Shown: positions 21,096 through 31,289 of the stretch, piece by piece | How the letters are laid out: the number at the start of each line of letters is the position of its first letter | Position numbering within the stretch: the stretch's first letter is position 1 | Origin: Algoriphagus sp. | GTDB lineage: Bacteria; Bacteroidota; Bacteroidia; Cytophagales; Cyclobacteriaceae | NCBI GenBank assembly: GCA_021298245.1 | Contig: JAJTDZ010000011.1 | Location: 17,247-81,246 of the forward strand | DNA: 64,000 nt | Direction: 5' to 3' | Notes under the pieces: model-generated | Told to the model about the DNA's origin: nothing | What the model saw: the letters and a program-made list of their open reading frames with translations, nothing else | Databases searched by the model: none | Program-made: the position numbers and the translations under genes

Positions 21096-21905
21096 ATGAC
21101 TATCCTCGTGCCAATTGATTTTTCTGCTTGTTCTATCAAAGCCTTAGAATTGACACTTTCCCTGGCTATTAAAGAAAAGGATCTCCTCTTGTTAGCTCAT
21201 GTGATTGAGCCAGTCTATAACTTTGCCGCTCCTGCTGCAATTAGCGTCGCTCAAATATCCCAAGAATCGAAGCTTCGAGCAAAAAAACTGTTGGCAGCTT
21301 ATGAAAACTATGGGGTAAAAATGCGTTTCTTCCACGAAGAAGGTCACGTTGCTCTTACCCTCTATAATTTAGCCAAGAAAGAGGAGGTAGACCTGGTAGT
21401 GATGGGTACCCAAGGAGCTTCAGGTCTCAAAAAATCATTGGTGGGTTCGGTTACGGTTAGCCTACTTAAGGAAGTAGATTGTCCTGTACTCGTGGTCCCT
21501 GCTCAAGCCTCTTCCTCAATTAGGAAGAATTTTACCTTCGCAGTAGCATATGCAAATCACGAATCCATACTGCTCAATAAATTAATTGCTTGGGTTAGCG
21601 AATGGCAGGGTAGCCTAAGCCTACTCCACGTGGAAGAGGTGGCTGGCCCAACATTCACCGAGGAATTGATGACCTTAGGCCTGAAGCAATACCTAGCCCA
21701 GACCTATCCAAAAAGTTCATATCCACTAAAAATTTTTAAGTCCGATCAAGTATTGGAGGGACTTTTGACCTATATGAATCAAGAGCAAGACCAGATTTTA
21801 GTAATGGCCCATGCTCATCATAGTATTTGGAAAGAAATTTTTCAAAAAAGCCAATCCATTCAAATGGCGTTTCACACCCACCTTCCAGTTTTGATTATGC
21901 AGTAA
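21096..21905 (+). CDS. Universal stress protein (tandem USP domains)
   Basis: ILVPIDFS N-terminus; DLVVMGTQG..G...VGSVT...CPVLVVP. Confidence 0.9.
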   Translation: MTILVPIDFSACSIKALELTLSLAIKEKDLLLLAHVIEPVYNFAAPAAISVAQISQESKLRAKKLLAAYENYGVKMRFFHEEGHVALTLYNLAKKEEVDLVVMGTQGASGLKKSLVGSVTVSLLKEVDCPVLVVPAQASSSIRKNFTFAVAYANHESILLNKLIAWVSEWQGSLSLLHVEEVAGPTFTEELMTLGLKQYLAQTYPKSSYPLKIFKSDQVLEGLLTYMNQEQDQILVMAHAHHSIWKEIFQKSQSIQMAFHTHLPVLIMQ

Positions 21906-22562
21906 TTACTTGCTAATCAATTCTTCGAAGTCATCACGTATATAGATTACATTCCTACCTAATTCTATCCATTTTTTCTTCTCTACCTGTTTTAAAAGCC
22001 GGGAGACAACTTCCCTTGAAGTTCCCAACTCTTTGGCCACTTCTTGGTGTGTAGTATGCAATTCATTGGATTTCAACTGCTTCATCTTAGTTACAAGGTA
22101 ACGCATCAGACGCTCATCCATCCGTTTAAAAGCTACAGCATCTAATGCAGTGAGCAAATCTTGAAATCGATGCTGATAGGTGGAAGACACAAATTCTTTC
22201 CATCTTTTAAATTCATCCATTAGCTGTTCGTGGATTTGAATAGGAATAAACAGTAGGGTTACTTCATTTTCTGCGATCGCTCGTATTTCGCTTGGCTTAG
22301 ACGCGGTGCAACAGGTTAAAGACAAGGCACAAGTTTCCCCCTCTTCTAAATAATACAAAAACAACTCATTGCCCTCCGCATCGGTACGCAAGATTTTAAT
22401 TGTGCCTTCTAGAATCAATGGAACAGATTTAATAAATTGACCAGGCTCCATAATGATTTTACCTGCAGAAAAAGTTGCAAGCTGACCTAGTTCCAAGAGT
22501 CTTCTTTGAAGCTGTTGGTCACCTAGGAAAGTAAGTGATTGAGAGATCTTTTCTATACTCAT
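21906..22562 (-). CDS. Crp/Fnr family transcriptional regulator
   Basis: cNMP-type N-domain with GETCALSLTCC; C-terminal HTH THQEVAKELGTSREVVSRLL. Confidence 0.92.
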   Translation of the reverse strand: MSIEKISQSLTFLGDQQLQRRLLELGQLATFSAGKIIMEPGQFIKSVPLILEGTIKILRTDAEGNELFLYYLEEGETCALSLTCCTASKPSEIRAIAENEVTLLFIPIQIHEQLMDEFKRWKEFVSSTYQHRFQDLLTALDAVAFKRMDERLMRYLVTKMKQLKSNELHTTHQEVAKELGTSREVVSRLLKQVEKKKWIELGRNVIYIRDDFEELISK

Positions 22563-22668
22563 GATTCAAAAGTAAGCTACTTCGATAAAAAATCATCCAT
22601 TCTAGGAAAACAAGGGGATTCCCTGTGCGGAATTTCTCATGGTCTCATAGGGCAAGAGAAAGCTAAGG

Positions 22669-22680
22669 TGATGTTGATCA
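22669..22680. promoter_or_regulatory. Putative FNR-like site TGAT-GTTG-ATCA
   Basis: Perfect TGAT-N4-ATCA core between divergent crp/fnr and TonB receptor genes, about 50 bp upstream of TAATTTTG at 22731-22738. Confidence 0.4.
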
Positions 22681-22755
22681 TTTGAATTACCATTCAACCA
22701 AAAAATGGAGGTGTAATAAAGAACTAACATTAATTTTGTTTCCTTTACCACTTCT

Positions 22756-25167
22756 ATGACTCGAAAGTTTCTTTTACTTTTTATCGGAGTTTTCCTTGTA
22801 GGCAGTTTAGGCTTTAGTCAAGAAATTCAAGTTCAGGAGCTAGAGCATAAAAATCCTTTAGCTGGAGTACAAATTACAGTCAAAAAATCTAAAAAAAGCA
22901 TTTTTACCTCAAATGAAGGGAAAGCCAACCTTTCCGATTTTACGGAAAAAAACGATTTGATTTTAAGCTTATCTGGATACCAAACCTTGGTGCTTACTTG
23001 GGAACAATTAGAAGCAAAAAATTACCTCGTTTTCTTAGAGCCTAGTCCCTTTACTCTTCAAACCACCGTCATATCTGCCTCGCGTTGGAATCAAAACGCC
23101 CAGGACGTGCCTGGCAAGATCAGAGGCCTTGATAGGCAAGAATTGCTCCTGAAGCATCCTGTTACAACTGCCGACTGGTTAGGTGGATCTGGCGAAGTCT
23201 TTATTCAAAAAAGCCAATTGGGCGGAGGAAGTCCGATGATTCGTGGCTTTTCTGCCAATAGGCTCCTCTACTCCATTGACGGAGTTCGAATGAATACCGC
23301 TATTTTTCGAAGTGGCAACCTCCAACAGGTGATTTCCATAGATCCCTTTGCTATCAAGAATACAGAAATTCTTTTCGGACCTGGTGCCGTCATGTATGGA
23401 TCGGATGCCATTGGAGGAGTTATGCTATTTGAAACCCTAAGTCCAGATGTAGAAAATCAATCCTTCCAAGGAAATGTACTTACCCGCTATTCCTCAGCCT
23501 ACGCAGAAAATACCTACCATTTGGATTTTACTTTTGGAAAAGGAAAATGGTCATTTTTAAGTAGTGCAAGTTATTTTAATTACGGAGATCTGATCATGGG
23601 GAAAAATAAAGGCCAACCCTCCTACCTACGTGGGCAATACCTTAGTAGGCAAAATGGGGTGGATGTAGAACTTGCCAATCCTAATCCAAGAAAACAAGTA
23701 GGCACTGCCTACAGTCAGGTCAACCTAATGCAAAAAATTAGGTTGCAAATTTCAAAGCATACCCAAGTGGACTATGCTTTCCATTATTCCACCACCGGCA
23801 ATGTTCCTAGGTACGATAGACTTATTGAAAAAAGAGACGGTAAACTTCGGTTTGCTCGTTGGGATTACGGACCTCAACGATGGATGATGCAGCAATTGGC
23901 CTGGAAAACGACTTCAGCCTCTCCTCTCTACGATGAATTTAAACTGAATTTGGCCTATCAATATTTTGAAGAAAGTAGGATAGAAAGGAGAGTGGCTAGT
24001 ATTATTGAATTTAGACGGAAAGAACAAGTACATGCCTTTTCCATCAATGCTGATTTTTTGAAAACAATACGAGATAAAAACTTTTTGAGCTATGGTATTG
24101 AAGCTGTACAAAATCGGGTGTCTTCCAATGGAGAGACTACAAACATCACAACTCTTGCTCAATCTCCAACTTCTTCCCGATATCCAGAATCCATTTGGGA
24201 CTCCTGGGCATTATATAGCAATTATTCTACCGAGCTTTCTACACAAATGAAAATGCAAGGGGCCTTGCGGGTAAATCTTAATGCTTTGGAAGCAGACTTT
24301 ACGAAAAACCTTTCCTTTTATCCTCTTCCGGTATCATCCTTTAGGGATCGATATTTTTCCCTAACTGGAAATCTAGGAATTGTATTTCAACCCCATCCCA
24401 ACTTTTCACTCTCCCCACTAATCTCCACAGGGTTTAGGGCACCTAACGTAGACGATATGGGAAAGATTTTTGATTCAGCCCCAGGTACGGTATTAATTCC
24501 CAATCCTTCCCTTGGACCCGAGTATGCCTATAATTCAGAATTGAACATGCAGCATCAAATTGGAGGAATACTTAAAGTTGATTTAACCGGATATTATACC
24601 CTCCTAGACCAAGCCATGGTCAGAAGAGAAAGCACCTTAAATGGACAAAGCCAAATCGTATACAATGGACAACTTAGCAAGGTTTTTGCTCTTCAAAATG
24701 CAGCTTTTGCAGAAATAAAAGGCTTGCAAGCTGGAATTGAGCTGGTTCTTCACAAACACCTTTTGTTTACTTCACGATACAATTGGCAAAGAGGAAAGGA
24801 AGAATTGGATGACAAGAGTACAAGTCCTTCCCGGCATGCTGCGCCTGCTTTTGGTACCAGCAAATTGAGCTTCAATAAGGCTAATTTTCAGATAGAATTC
24901 CATACTCAGTATAGTGCAGAGGTTCCCTTCGAAAAAATGCCCCAAGAAGAACTTGGCAAACCGGCCATTTATGCTACCAATGCTGAAGGCAACTTGTATT
25001 CACCTTCTTGGATTATTTTTTCCTTGAACGGACAATTCCAACTCAGTCCTAGGATTTCCCTAGTAGGAGGAATTGAAAATATAGGTGACCTTCAGTACCG
25101 TCCCTACAGTTCTGGACTCGTAAGCCCTGGAAGAAATTTTCAGTTGACTTTAAAAGGCAACTTTTAA
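22756..25167 (+). CDS. TonB-dependent outer-membrane receptor (haem/iron-type, non-SusC)
   Basis: Plug motifs (SPMIRG, IDGVR, GPGAVMYGSDAIGG), GFRAPN, C-terminal PGRNF...F; lies upstream of feoAB. Confidence 0.88.
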   Translation: MTRKFLLLFIGVFLVGSLGFSQEIQVQELEHKNPLAGVQITVKKSKKSIFTSNEGKANLSDFTEKNDLILSLSGYQTLVLTWEQLEAKNYLVFLEPSPFTLQTTVISASRWNQNAQDVPGKIRGLDRQELLLKHPVTTADWLGGSGEVFIQKSQLGGGSPMIRGFSANRLLYSIDGVRMNTAIFRSGNLQQVISIDPFAIKNTEILFGPGAVMYGSDAIGGVMLFETLSPDVENQSFQGNVLTRYSSAYAENTYHLDFTFGKGKWSFLSSASYFNYGDLIMGKNKGQPSYLRGQYLSRQNGVDVELANPNPRKQVGTAYSQVNLMQKIRLQISKHTQVDYAFHYSTTGNVPRYDRLIEKRDGKLRFARWDYGPQRWMMQQLAWKTTSASPLYDEFKLNLAYQYFEESRIERRVASIIEFRRKEQVHAFSINADFLKTIRDKNFLSYGIEAVQNRVSSNGETTNITTLAQSPTSSRYPESIWDSWALYSNYSTELSTQMKMQGALRVNLNALEADFTKNLSFYPLPVSSFRDRYFSLTGNLGIVFQPHPNFSLSPLISTGFRAPNVDDMGKIFDSAPGTVLIPNPSLGPEYAYNSELNMQHQIGGILKVDLTGYYTLLDQAMVRRESTLNGQSQIVYNGQLSKVFALQNAAFAEIKGLQAGIELVLHKHLLFTSRYNWQRGKEELDDKSTSPSRHAAPAFGTSKLSFNKANFQIEFHTQYSAEVPFEKMPQEELGKPAIYATNAEGNLYSPSWIIFSLNGQFQLSPRISLVGGIENIGDLQYRPYSSGLVSPGRNFQLTLKGNF

Positions 25168-25269
25168 CAATAAACGGCTTTATTGTAGTTAAAAAGGCTA
25201 TAAGATGAACTAAAGGTGTCCTTCTCTCCTACTTTATTTTTGACTATAAAATTTCTTACTCTTTTTTTC

Positions 25270-25300
25270 TTTAGATTGATTCCAAATACCACTATTTTTG
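25270..25300 (+). promoter_or_regulatory. Putative Fur-like box TTTAGA-TTGAT-TCCAAA plus -7 element TATTTTTG upstream of feoA
   Basis: Near-perfect inverted repeat directly before a Bacteroidota TAnnTTTG element, 21 nt upstream of the feoA ATG. Confidence 0.45.
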
Positions 25301-25321
25301 GGTACAGGTTCGCCTATTTTC

Positions 25322-25543
25322 ATGACTGCAGATCAATTGTCGCTAAATCAATCGGGAAGAATAGTGGAAGTTTTTTCCTCTCCTCTAAAAATAAACTTGA
25401 TGGAACTGGGCTTTCTTCCTGGAAAATCCCTTACTCTACAGCATAAAGCCCCTTCTGGAGGCCCCTTGGCCTTTCAAATGGAAGACACCCTGTTGGCCTT
25501 GAGAAAAAATGAGGCCGCTTTAATTCGGATTGAACTCATCTGA
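25322..25543 (+). CDS. feoA: Ferrous iron transport protein A
   Basis: LMELGFLPG...APSGGP...ALRKNEA (FeoA SH3-like); ATG 25322 preferred over TTG 25298. Confidence 0.9.
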   Translation: MTADQLSLNQSGRIVEVFSSPLKINLMELGFLPGKSLTLQHKAPSGGPLAFQMEDTLLALRKNEAALIRIELI

Positions 25544-27683
25544 CCCTATGGCGGCAACTTCCTCCACTTCCACAGAGAATACCCCTCCAAGAATTGCCAT
25601 CATTGGAAATCCCAATGTTGGAAAATCTACGATTTTCAATTACCTCACAGGGCTCAATCAAAAAATTGGCAATTACCCCGGAGTAACGGTTGATAAAAAA
25701 ATTGGATTCTGCCAGGTGGCAGGAGAAACCATTGAAATCTTAGATCTCCCAGGTACTTACAGCTTATTTCCCAATTCGGAAGATGAAATCATCGTACACC
25801 GGGTACTCAATAATCCCCAGTTAGAGAAAAAACCTGACTATGTGTTGATGGTCATAGATTCTACTCAACTTTCTAGGGGATTATTTCTAGCAACCCAGTT
25901 GATTGATTTAGGTTTGCCTCTGGCCATTTTGCTCAATATGTCAGATTTGGCACAAGAGAAAAAAATTGAACTTCGAACGTTTGAATTGTTTAAACGCTTA
26001 GGAGTACCCATCCTTCAAACAGACGCTAGAAATCAGAAAGGTTTGAGCGAGGTGAAGGAACTAATTCACCAACGAAATTTTTCTATAGGTACTTCCTTCG
26101 TAGATATTACTACAGTTGTTCCCGATGCTTTATTAGAAGAAGTAAAAAACCGATTCTCACTTGAAAATAAGTACCAGGCCTATCAAATGATTCGGTTTGG
26201 AGCCAAAGATAAAGCAGTATCTGAACCAAATAGATCTTGGCTTGTGGATACCCTTTCCGGCTCATCTTTTGGCTTAGAAGAGGCACAATTGGAAGAGACA
26301 AAAATCCGCTACAAAAAAATTACCGACCTGGTAACTTCTGTATTGGTAAAAAAAGCAATACCCAAACCCAAGTCTAGTTTAGATGCGGTGTTTTTACATC
26401 CTTTGGTTGGTTATTTCATCTTTTTTGGAATTCTACTTCTAATATTTCAGGCTCTATTTTCCTGGGCTTCCTTTCCTATGGATTGGATTGATGGCTTTTT
26501 TGCAGATCTCAGTGTGCGTGTGGTCGAGCTCCTTCCCCCAGGGCCTTTCACTTCCCTGCTTGCAGAAGGAGTGGTACCAGGTATAGGAGGTATCGTCATT
26601 TTTATTCCCCAAATCGCTCTTCTTTTTGGCTTTTTAGCCATCCTAGAAGATACGGGATACATGTCTAGGGTGGTATTTTTATTGGATCGCTGGATGCGTC
26701 CTTTTGGATTGCACGGAAAAAGTATCGTACCCCTTGTCTCTGGAGTTGCCTGTGCCATTCCTGGAGTAATGGCCGCACGTAATATCGCCAACTGGAAGGA
26801 AAAAATGATTACCATTTTGGTCACTCCATTGATGAGTTGTTCGGCAAGATTACCCGTGTATGTGATTCTTATTGGCATTTCAGTTCCAAATGAAACCGTA
26901 GTTGGAGTGATCAAACTCCAAGCTTTAGCCTTGCTAGCCTTGTATATTCTAGGAATTTTAGGGGTTTTGGGAACAGCCTACCTTTTAAAAATTATCTTAA
27001 AAACGGAAGAAAAAAGTTTTTTAATTACCGAGCTTCCCTCCTATAGAATTCCACGTTGGAAAGACGTAGGACTCACCATGATAGAAAAGTCAAAAACCTT
27101 CGTTTTTGAAGCAGGTAAGGTAATTTTAGCCATTTCTATCGTCCTTTGGGTGCTAGCATCCTATGGCCCCCCAAGTAAAATGGAGCAAGTACAAACCGAA
27201 GGGCTTGCCAAGTTAGAAAAAATCACAGACCCCTTGGAGCGAGAGAGGATAGAAGCAGAAACGAGTTCTTTGCTTCTGGAAAATTCTTTTATTGGGATTA
27301 TGGGAAAAGCCATCGAACCCGCCATTCAGCCCTTAGGGTACGATTGGAAAATTGGAATCGCCCTAATTACTTCTTTTGCCGCTAGAGAAGTCTTTATTTC
27401 AACTATTGCTACGATCTACAGCATTGAAGGGGATTTAGAAAATGATTTGACCATACGAGAAAAGTTAAGTCAACAAATCAATGCCTCCACTGGGGAAAAA
27501 ACATTTACCAAAGCCTCCTCCTTTTCTTTGTTGGTATTTTACGTGTTTGCTATGCAATGCATGAGTACCTTGGCCGTGGTAAAAAGAGAAACGAAGGGAT
27601 GGAAATGGCCTGTGATTCAAACCCTTTATATGAGTGCTCTGGCCTATATTATGGCATTTATCACTTTCCAAATTTTTTCCTAA
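25530..27683 (+). CDS. feoB: Ferrous iron transport protein B
   Basis: GNPNVGKS, NYPGVTVD and DLPG G-domain motifs; MSCSARL gate motif. ATG 25548 is a likely alternative start. Confidence 0.95.
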   Translation: MNSSDPMAATSSTSTENTPPRIAIIGNPNVGKSTIFNYLTGLNQKIGNYPGVTVDKKIGFCQVAGETIEILDLPGTYSLFPNSEDEIIVHRVLNNPQLEKKPDYVLMVIDSTQLSRGLFLATQLIDLGLPLAILLNMSDLAQEKKIELRTFELFKRLGVPILQTDARNQKGLSEVKELIHQRNFSIGTSFVDITTVVPDALLEEVKNRFSLENKYQAYQMIRFGAKDKAVSEPNRSWLVDTLSGSSFGLEEAQLEETKIRYKKITDLVTSVLVKKAIPKPKSSLDAVFLHPLVGYFIFFGILLLIFQALFSWASFPMDWIDGFFADLSVRVVELLPPGPFTSLLAEGVVPGIGGIVIFIPQIALLFGFLAILEDTGYMSRVVFLLDRWMRPFGLHGKSIVPLVSGVACAIPGVMAARNIANWKEKMITILVTPLMSCSARLPVYVILIGISVPNETVVGVIKLQALALLALYILGILGVLGTAYLLKIILKTEEKSFLITELPSYRIPRWKDVGLTMIEKSKTFVFEAGKVILAISIVLWVLASYGPPSKMEQVQTEGLAKLEKITDPLERERIEAETSSLLLENSFIGIMGKAIEPAIQPLGYDWKIGIALITSFAAREVFISTIATIYSIEGDLENDLTIREKLSQQINASTGEKTFTKASSFSLLVFYVFAMQCMSTLAVVKRETKGWKWPVIQTLYMSALAYIMAFITFQIFS

Positions 27684-27684
27684 G

Positions 27685-27801
27685 ATGTGGCAAGAAATAA
27701 CATTAGTCCTTTTACTATTCGCATCGTTGGGCTACTTAATTTGGAAGTTGGCCAGAAAACCCAAAGCCTCTGAGGGCTGTGACAAATGTGCTAAACCCTA
27801 A
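27685..27801 (+). CDS. FeoB-associated small Cys-rich membrane protein (38 aa)
   Basis: Manual translation MWQEITLVLLLFASLGYLIWKLARKPKASEGCDKCAKP*: one TM helix plus CxxC, starting 1 nt after the feoB stop. Below the ORF-track size cutoff. Confidence 0.8.
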   Translation: MWQEITLVLLLFASLGYLIWKLARKPKASEGCDKCAKP

Positions 27802-27852
27802 ACTCCTTAGGGAGGCCATGGAATTCCCGATTTTTTTATTGAATATTAGTCC

Positions 27853-29322
27853 ATGAGTAAAATAGCCTATCAAAGCATACAGACTACTATTTTCTCGTAC
27901 ATAGGTGTGGTATTGGGCTATATCAATGTATTATGGCTTTTTCCTTATGCCCTTACTTCTACCGAATTAGGAATCTTTAGGACCATTCAAGACCTAGGTA
28001 TCCTATTGGTTCCCTTTGCCCAATTGGGTGTAGGCCATGGAATTACTAGGTATTTTCCCAAATTAGAATCCAACCAAGCCGCCCTACTTACCTATAGTTT
28101 GGGGTTCTCCCTGTTGGGACTTGGCCTAGTATCTTTGATTTTTTTTGGAGGAAAGAGCCAAATCGTATCCCTTTTTGCCACCAACTCCCCGCAGGTGATT
28201 GATTTTCTAGGTATTGTCTTACTGGTTGCCCTATTTTCCGTGTGGAGCAGTGTCCTTGATGCCTTTGCCAGGTCTTATGTAAAGGTTGGGGTGCCTACCT
28301 TTTTTCGAGAAGTGTTTCTTCGTCTCCTCACCTCGATGGTAGTGAGTTGTTATTTGTTAAGCTGGATTACTTTTGACCAAGTTATGCAGGGATTGGTTGT
28401 GGTCTATGGATTATCTTTCCTTGGAGTTTGGATGTATTTGATTTGGCTTGGAGTCTTCCAATTTAATTTTTCCTGGACCTCCTTTCCACAAGGGTTTACA
28501 CGCTCATTTTTACAGTACAGCTTGGTTACTTTTCTAGCTACTGCAGCTTCTACCCTCATCATGAAAATTGACTCCGTGATGATCAGCGCTATGGTAAGCT
28601 TGGAAGCCAATGCCATCTATTCCATCGCTTTTTACATGGCTTTGGTCATTGAGTTGCCTAGAAGAGCCATTTCTCAAGTAGCCATGCCGCTCATTGCTTC
28701 TCATTTTGCGAATGATCAGGTGAAAGAGATCAACGTTTTGTACAAAGAGCTATCCAACAGACAGCTCTATGTGTGCTTGCTATTGTTTGCGCTGGTTTGG
28801 ACCAATATTGACCAAATTTATTCCTTTGTTCCTAACCCTGAAATCTACCAAGCCGGTAAGTGGGTGGTACTATTTATTGCCATTGGAAAATTGGTAGATG
28901 TAGCCTTCTCCGTCAACAGCGAAATATTGGTGTTTTCTTCATACTACAGGTTTAATTTGATCATGACCGTGGGAATGAGTTTGCTCCTCATAGCAACCAA
29001 CTATTGGTTAATTCCAATCTATGATATAGAAGGCGCTGCCATAGGTTCGGCTGCCGTCATGCTGGCATTCAATGCGGTAAAATACACCTTCCTAAAAGTC
29101 CGATTAAGGCTAGATCCATTTAGTAAAGAAACCATCAAAATTCTTGCTTTAGGTATCCTCACCATGGCTGCTCTTGCTTTTCGACCTGGTCTTGAATTTC
29201 CTATCCTCAACATTTTAGTGAACTCCATAATCGTTGTAGGATTTTTTGTGGGAGGTTCTTTCCTTTTAGGATTGGGAAAAGAAGAATGGAAATGGATAAA
29301 AAATAAAATTATCCGGGCTTAA
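27853..29322 (+). CDS. Oligosaccharide flippase / polysaccharide biosynthesis protein (Wzx/MOP family)
   Basis: About 14 TM helices; KIDSVMI...AIY and LIPIY..EGAA motifs. Confidence 0.8.
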   Translation: MSKIAYQSIQTTIFSYIGVVLGYINVLWLFPYALTSTELGIFRTIQDLGILLVPFAQLGVGHGITRYFPKLESNQAALLTYSLGFSLLGLGLVSLIFFGGKSQIVSLFATNSPQVIDFLGIVLLVALFSVWSSVLDAFARSYVKVGVPTFFREVFLRLLTSMVVSCYLLSWITFDQVMQGLVVVYGLSFLGVWMYLIWLGVFQFNFSWTSFPQGFTRSFLQYSLVTFLATAASTLIMKIDSVMISAMVSLEANAIYSIAFYMALVIELPRRAISQVAMPLIASHFANDQVKEINVLYKELSNRQLYVCLLLFALVWTNIDQIYSFVPNPEIYQAGKWVVLFIAIGKLVDVAFSVNSEILVFSSYYRFNLIMTVGMSLLLIATNYWLIPIYDIEGAAIGSAAVMLAFNAVKYTFLKVRLRLDPFSKETIKILALGILTMAALAFRPGLEFPILNILVNSIIVVGFFVGGSFLLGLGKEEWKWIKNKIIRA

Positions 29323-29726
29323 GAGTGTTACGAAACCTCTAGTAGTGACAAGATTTGAGCTGCCTTAAATTCGCAACCTTCCACTGTTATCCTGCCTTTT
29401 GAGCGAGGCCCCAAGGGGTTGGGGTGAGGCCTGATTTTGAAGAGGGCTTTACTCGGTATTGTTTTTTAATTGTGAAGTTCGAACAAGTCGACAGCCCGGA
29501 CCACATAAAGATACAAAGGATAGAGAAATAAGCTCTATTTTAAGGTTGAGTCAAGAAACTTTTTCTTAAGCATTATCAAAACCCAAGAAAACGATTCAAA
29601 TCAGTTATTTTTTTAGTAAGAATTATTTTTTTTGCCTTTAGCACGAATCAAGTCCAATATTTTCTTTTATACTTAGGCTTTGAATTACAAGTAAAATAAG
29701 CCCTAGACTTTCAAACAAGTTGGATC

Positions 29727-30650
29727 ATGCTTCCAATAAAGAAGTTGCTCGTGTGTCTGGATCTCTCCTCCCTTGATCAAACCTTGATCACCTATGCTGC
29801 TTTTTTGGCCAAGGCCAATAAGGTAAAGAAAATTTACTTTACGCACATCATTAAAAATCTCTCCTTACCCACAGAAGTTTTGGAAAAATTTCCAGACCTC
29901 ATGGATCGTATGCTGGAGGAAAAGAAGGAGGAAATGAAAGCGGAAGTAGCCAAATATTTTCCAAGCGGTTCCTCTGTAGAATTATCTTTTTTGGTAAAAG
30001 AAGGAAACCTCTCTAAAAAAATATTAAAACTGGCTGCATCAAAATCTATAGACTTGATATTGATTGGCAAAAAAGAACTTCTACCAGGTACAGGAGTAGC
30101 TTGCCAGCGTATGGCAAGAAGAGCCTCATGTTCTCTTTTTATTATTCCCGAACAAGCCAAAGTGAAGCTTACTAAGTTGATTGTTCCCAGTGATTTTTCT
30201 GACTTTTCAAAAAATGCGCTGGAGGAAGCTATTCAGATAGCCAAGAAAAATGGAGAAGGCTCTGAAATCATTTTTCAAAATGTTTTTACCATTCCTTCCG
30301 GTTATCATTTCACTGGAAAAAGCTACGAGGAGTTTAGCAAAGTCCTCCAGCAGCATGCAGAAGCTACTTTCAAAAAATTTATTAGAAAAATTGATACGAA
30401 GGGTGTTCCCATCACACCCATATATACCAAGGACGATGACGACAATCCAGTGCATGAAATAGTAGAAGCTGCGATGTTACATCAGGCAGATGGTATCATT
30501 ATAGGCGCCAAAGGAAAGACTGCATCAACTGCCCTGCTTATAGGAAGTATGGCAGAGCGCTTGATACAATTCAATACCCGTTTGCCACTTTTGCTGGTGA
30601 GACCCAAAGGAAAAAATGCTGGAATTTTAGATTACCTGGTAGAAATTTAG
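29727..30650 (+). CDS. Universal stress protein (tandem USP domains)
   Basis: KKLLVCLDLS and KLIVPSDFS N-motifs; GAKGKT...LIGSMAE. Confidence 0.88.
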   Translation: MLPIKKLLVCLDLSSLDQTLITYAAFLAKANKVKKIYFTHIIKNLSLPTEVLEKFPDLMDRMLEEKKEEMKAEVAKYFPSGSSVELSFLVKEGNLSKKILKLAASKSIDLILIGKKELLPGTGVACQRMARRASCSLFIIPEQAKVKLTKLIVPSDFSDFSKNALEEAIQIAKKNGEGSEIIFQNVFTIPSGYHFTGKSYEEFSKVLQQHAEATFKKFIRKIDTKGVPITPIYTKDDDDNPVHEIVEAAMLHQADGIIIGAKGKTASTALLIGSMAERLIQFNTRLPLLLVRPKGKNAGILDYLVEI

Positions 30651-30706
30651 TCTTTTAGGGTTCAAACCAAATCAATTTTTAGCTCACTGGAAAGAATCCA
30701 TTGGAT

Positions 30707-30734
30707 TAAACCCCTGACTGTGTTTATGGTCTAA
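30707..30734 (+). promoter_or_regulatory. Putative ECF sigma promoter TAAACCC-N13-TGGTCTAA (copy 1)
   Basis: AAC/GTC-type -35/-10 pair 9 nt upstream of the ECF gene; the same pattern recurs at 31287. Confidence 0.65.
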
Positions 30735-30743
30735 ACCCTACCT

Positions 30744-31289
30744 ATGAAGGAAATAGATCGACAAATCCTAGATCGAATTCAAACTCCCCTTACAAGAGAA
30801 TTGGGATTTAGGCAATTGATCGAAACCTACCAAAGGCCAGTTTATCAACTCATTCGAAGAATGGTACTCCTCCATGAGGATGCCGATGACCTCACACAAA
30901 ACACCTTTATCAAAGCCTACAAAGGCTTGGATAAATTTGAAGGCCACTCTTCATTATTTACCTGGCTCTATAGAATAGCCACCAACGAGTCTCTTACTTT
31001 TCTAGAGAAAAAGAAAAAGAGATTTGTTTTTAATTGGGACGATTACCAAGAAAAAGTGGCCAATTACCTGGATTCAAGTTATGCTCTCAGCGCAGATGAA
31101 ATTCAACATAAACTTCAAAAAGCTTTGGTTAATCTTCCTGATAAACAAAGACTTGTGTTTCTTTTAAAATACGAGGAAGACCTTAATTACGAAGAAATTG
31201 CCAACATCACAGGTACCAGTGTAGGAGCATTAAAAGCAAGTTACCATCACGCTGTGAAAAAAATTGAAGAAGCCTTAAAACAAGAATAA
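30744..31289 (+). CDS. RNA polymerase ECF sigma factor
   Basis: Region 2 (DADDLTQNTFIKAY...FTWLYRIA) and region 4 (LPDKQRLVF...YEEIA). Confidence 0.92.
   Translation: MKEIDRQILDRIQTPLTRELGFRQLIETYQRPVYQLIRRMVLLHEDADDLTQNTFIKAYKGLDKFEGHSSLFTWLYRIATNESLTFLEKKKKRFVFNWDDYQEKVANYLDSSYALSADEIQHKLQKALVNLPDKQRLVFLLKYEEDLNYEEIANITGTSVGALKASYHHAVKKIEEALKQE

Noticed and set aside
25216-25446. 76-aa ORF overlapping feoA
   Set aside because: It is an out-of-frame overlap with a clear feoA and spans its promoter.
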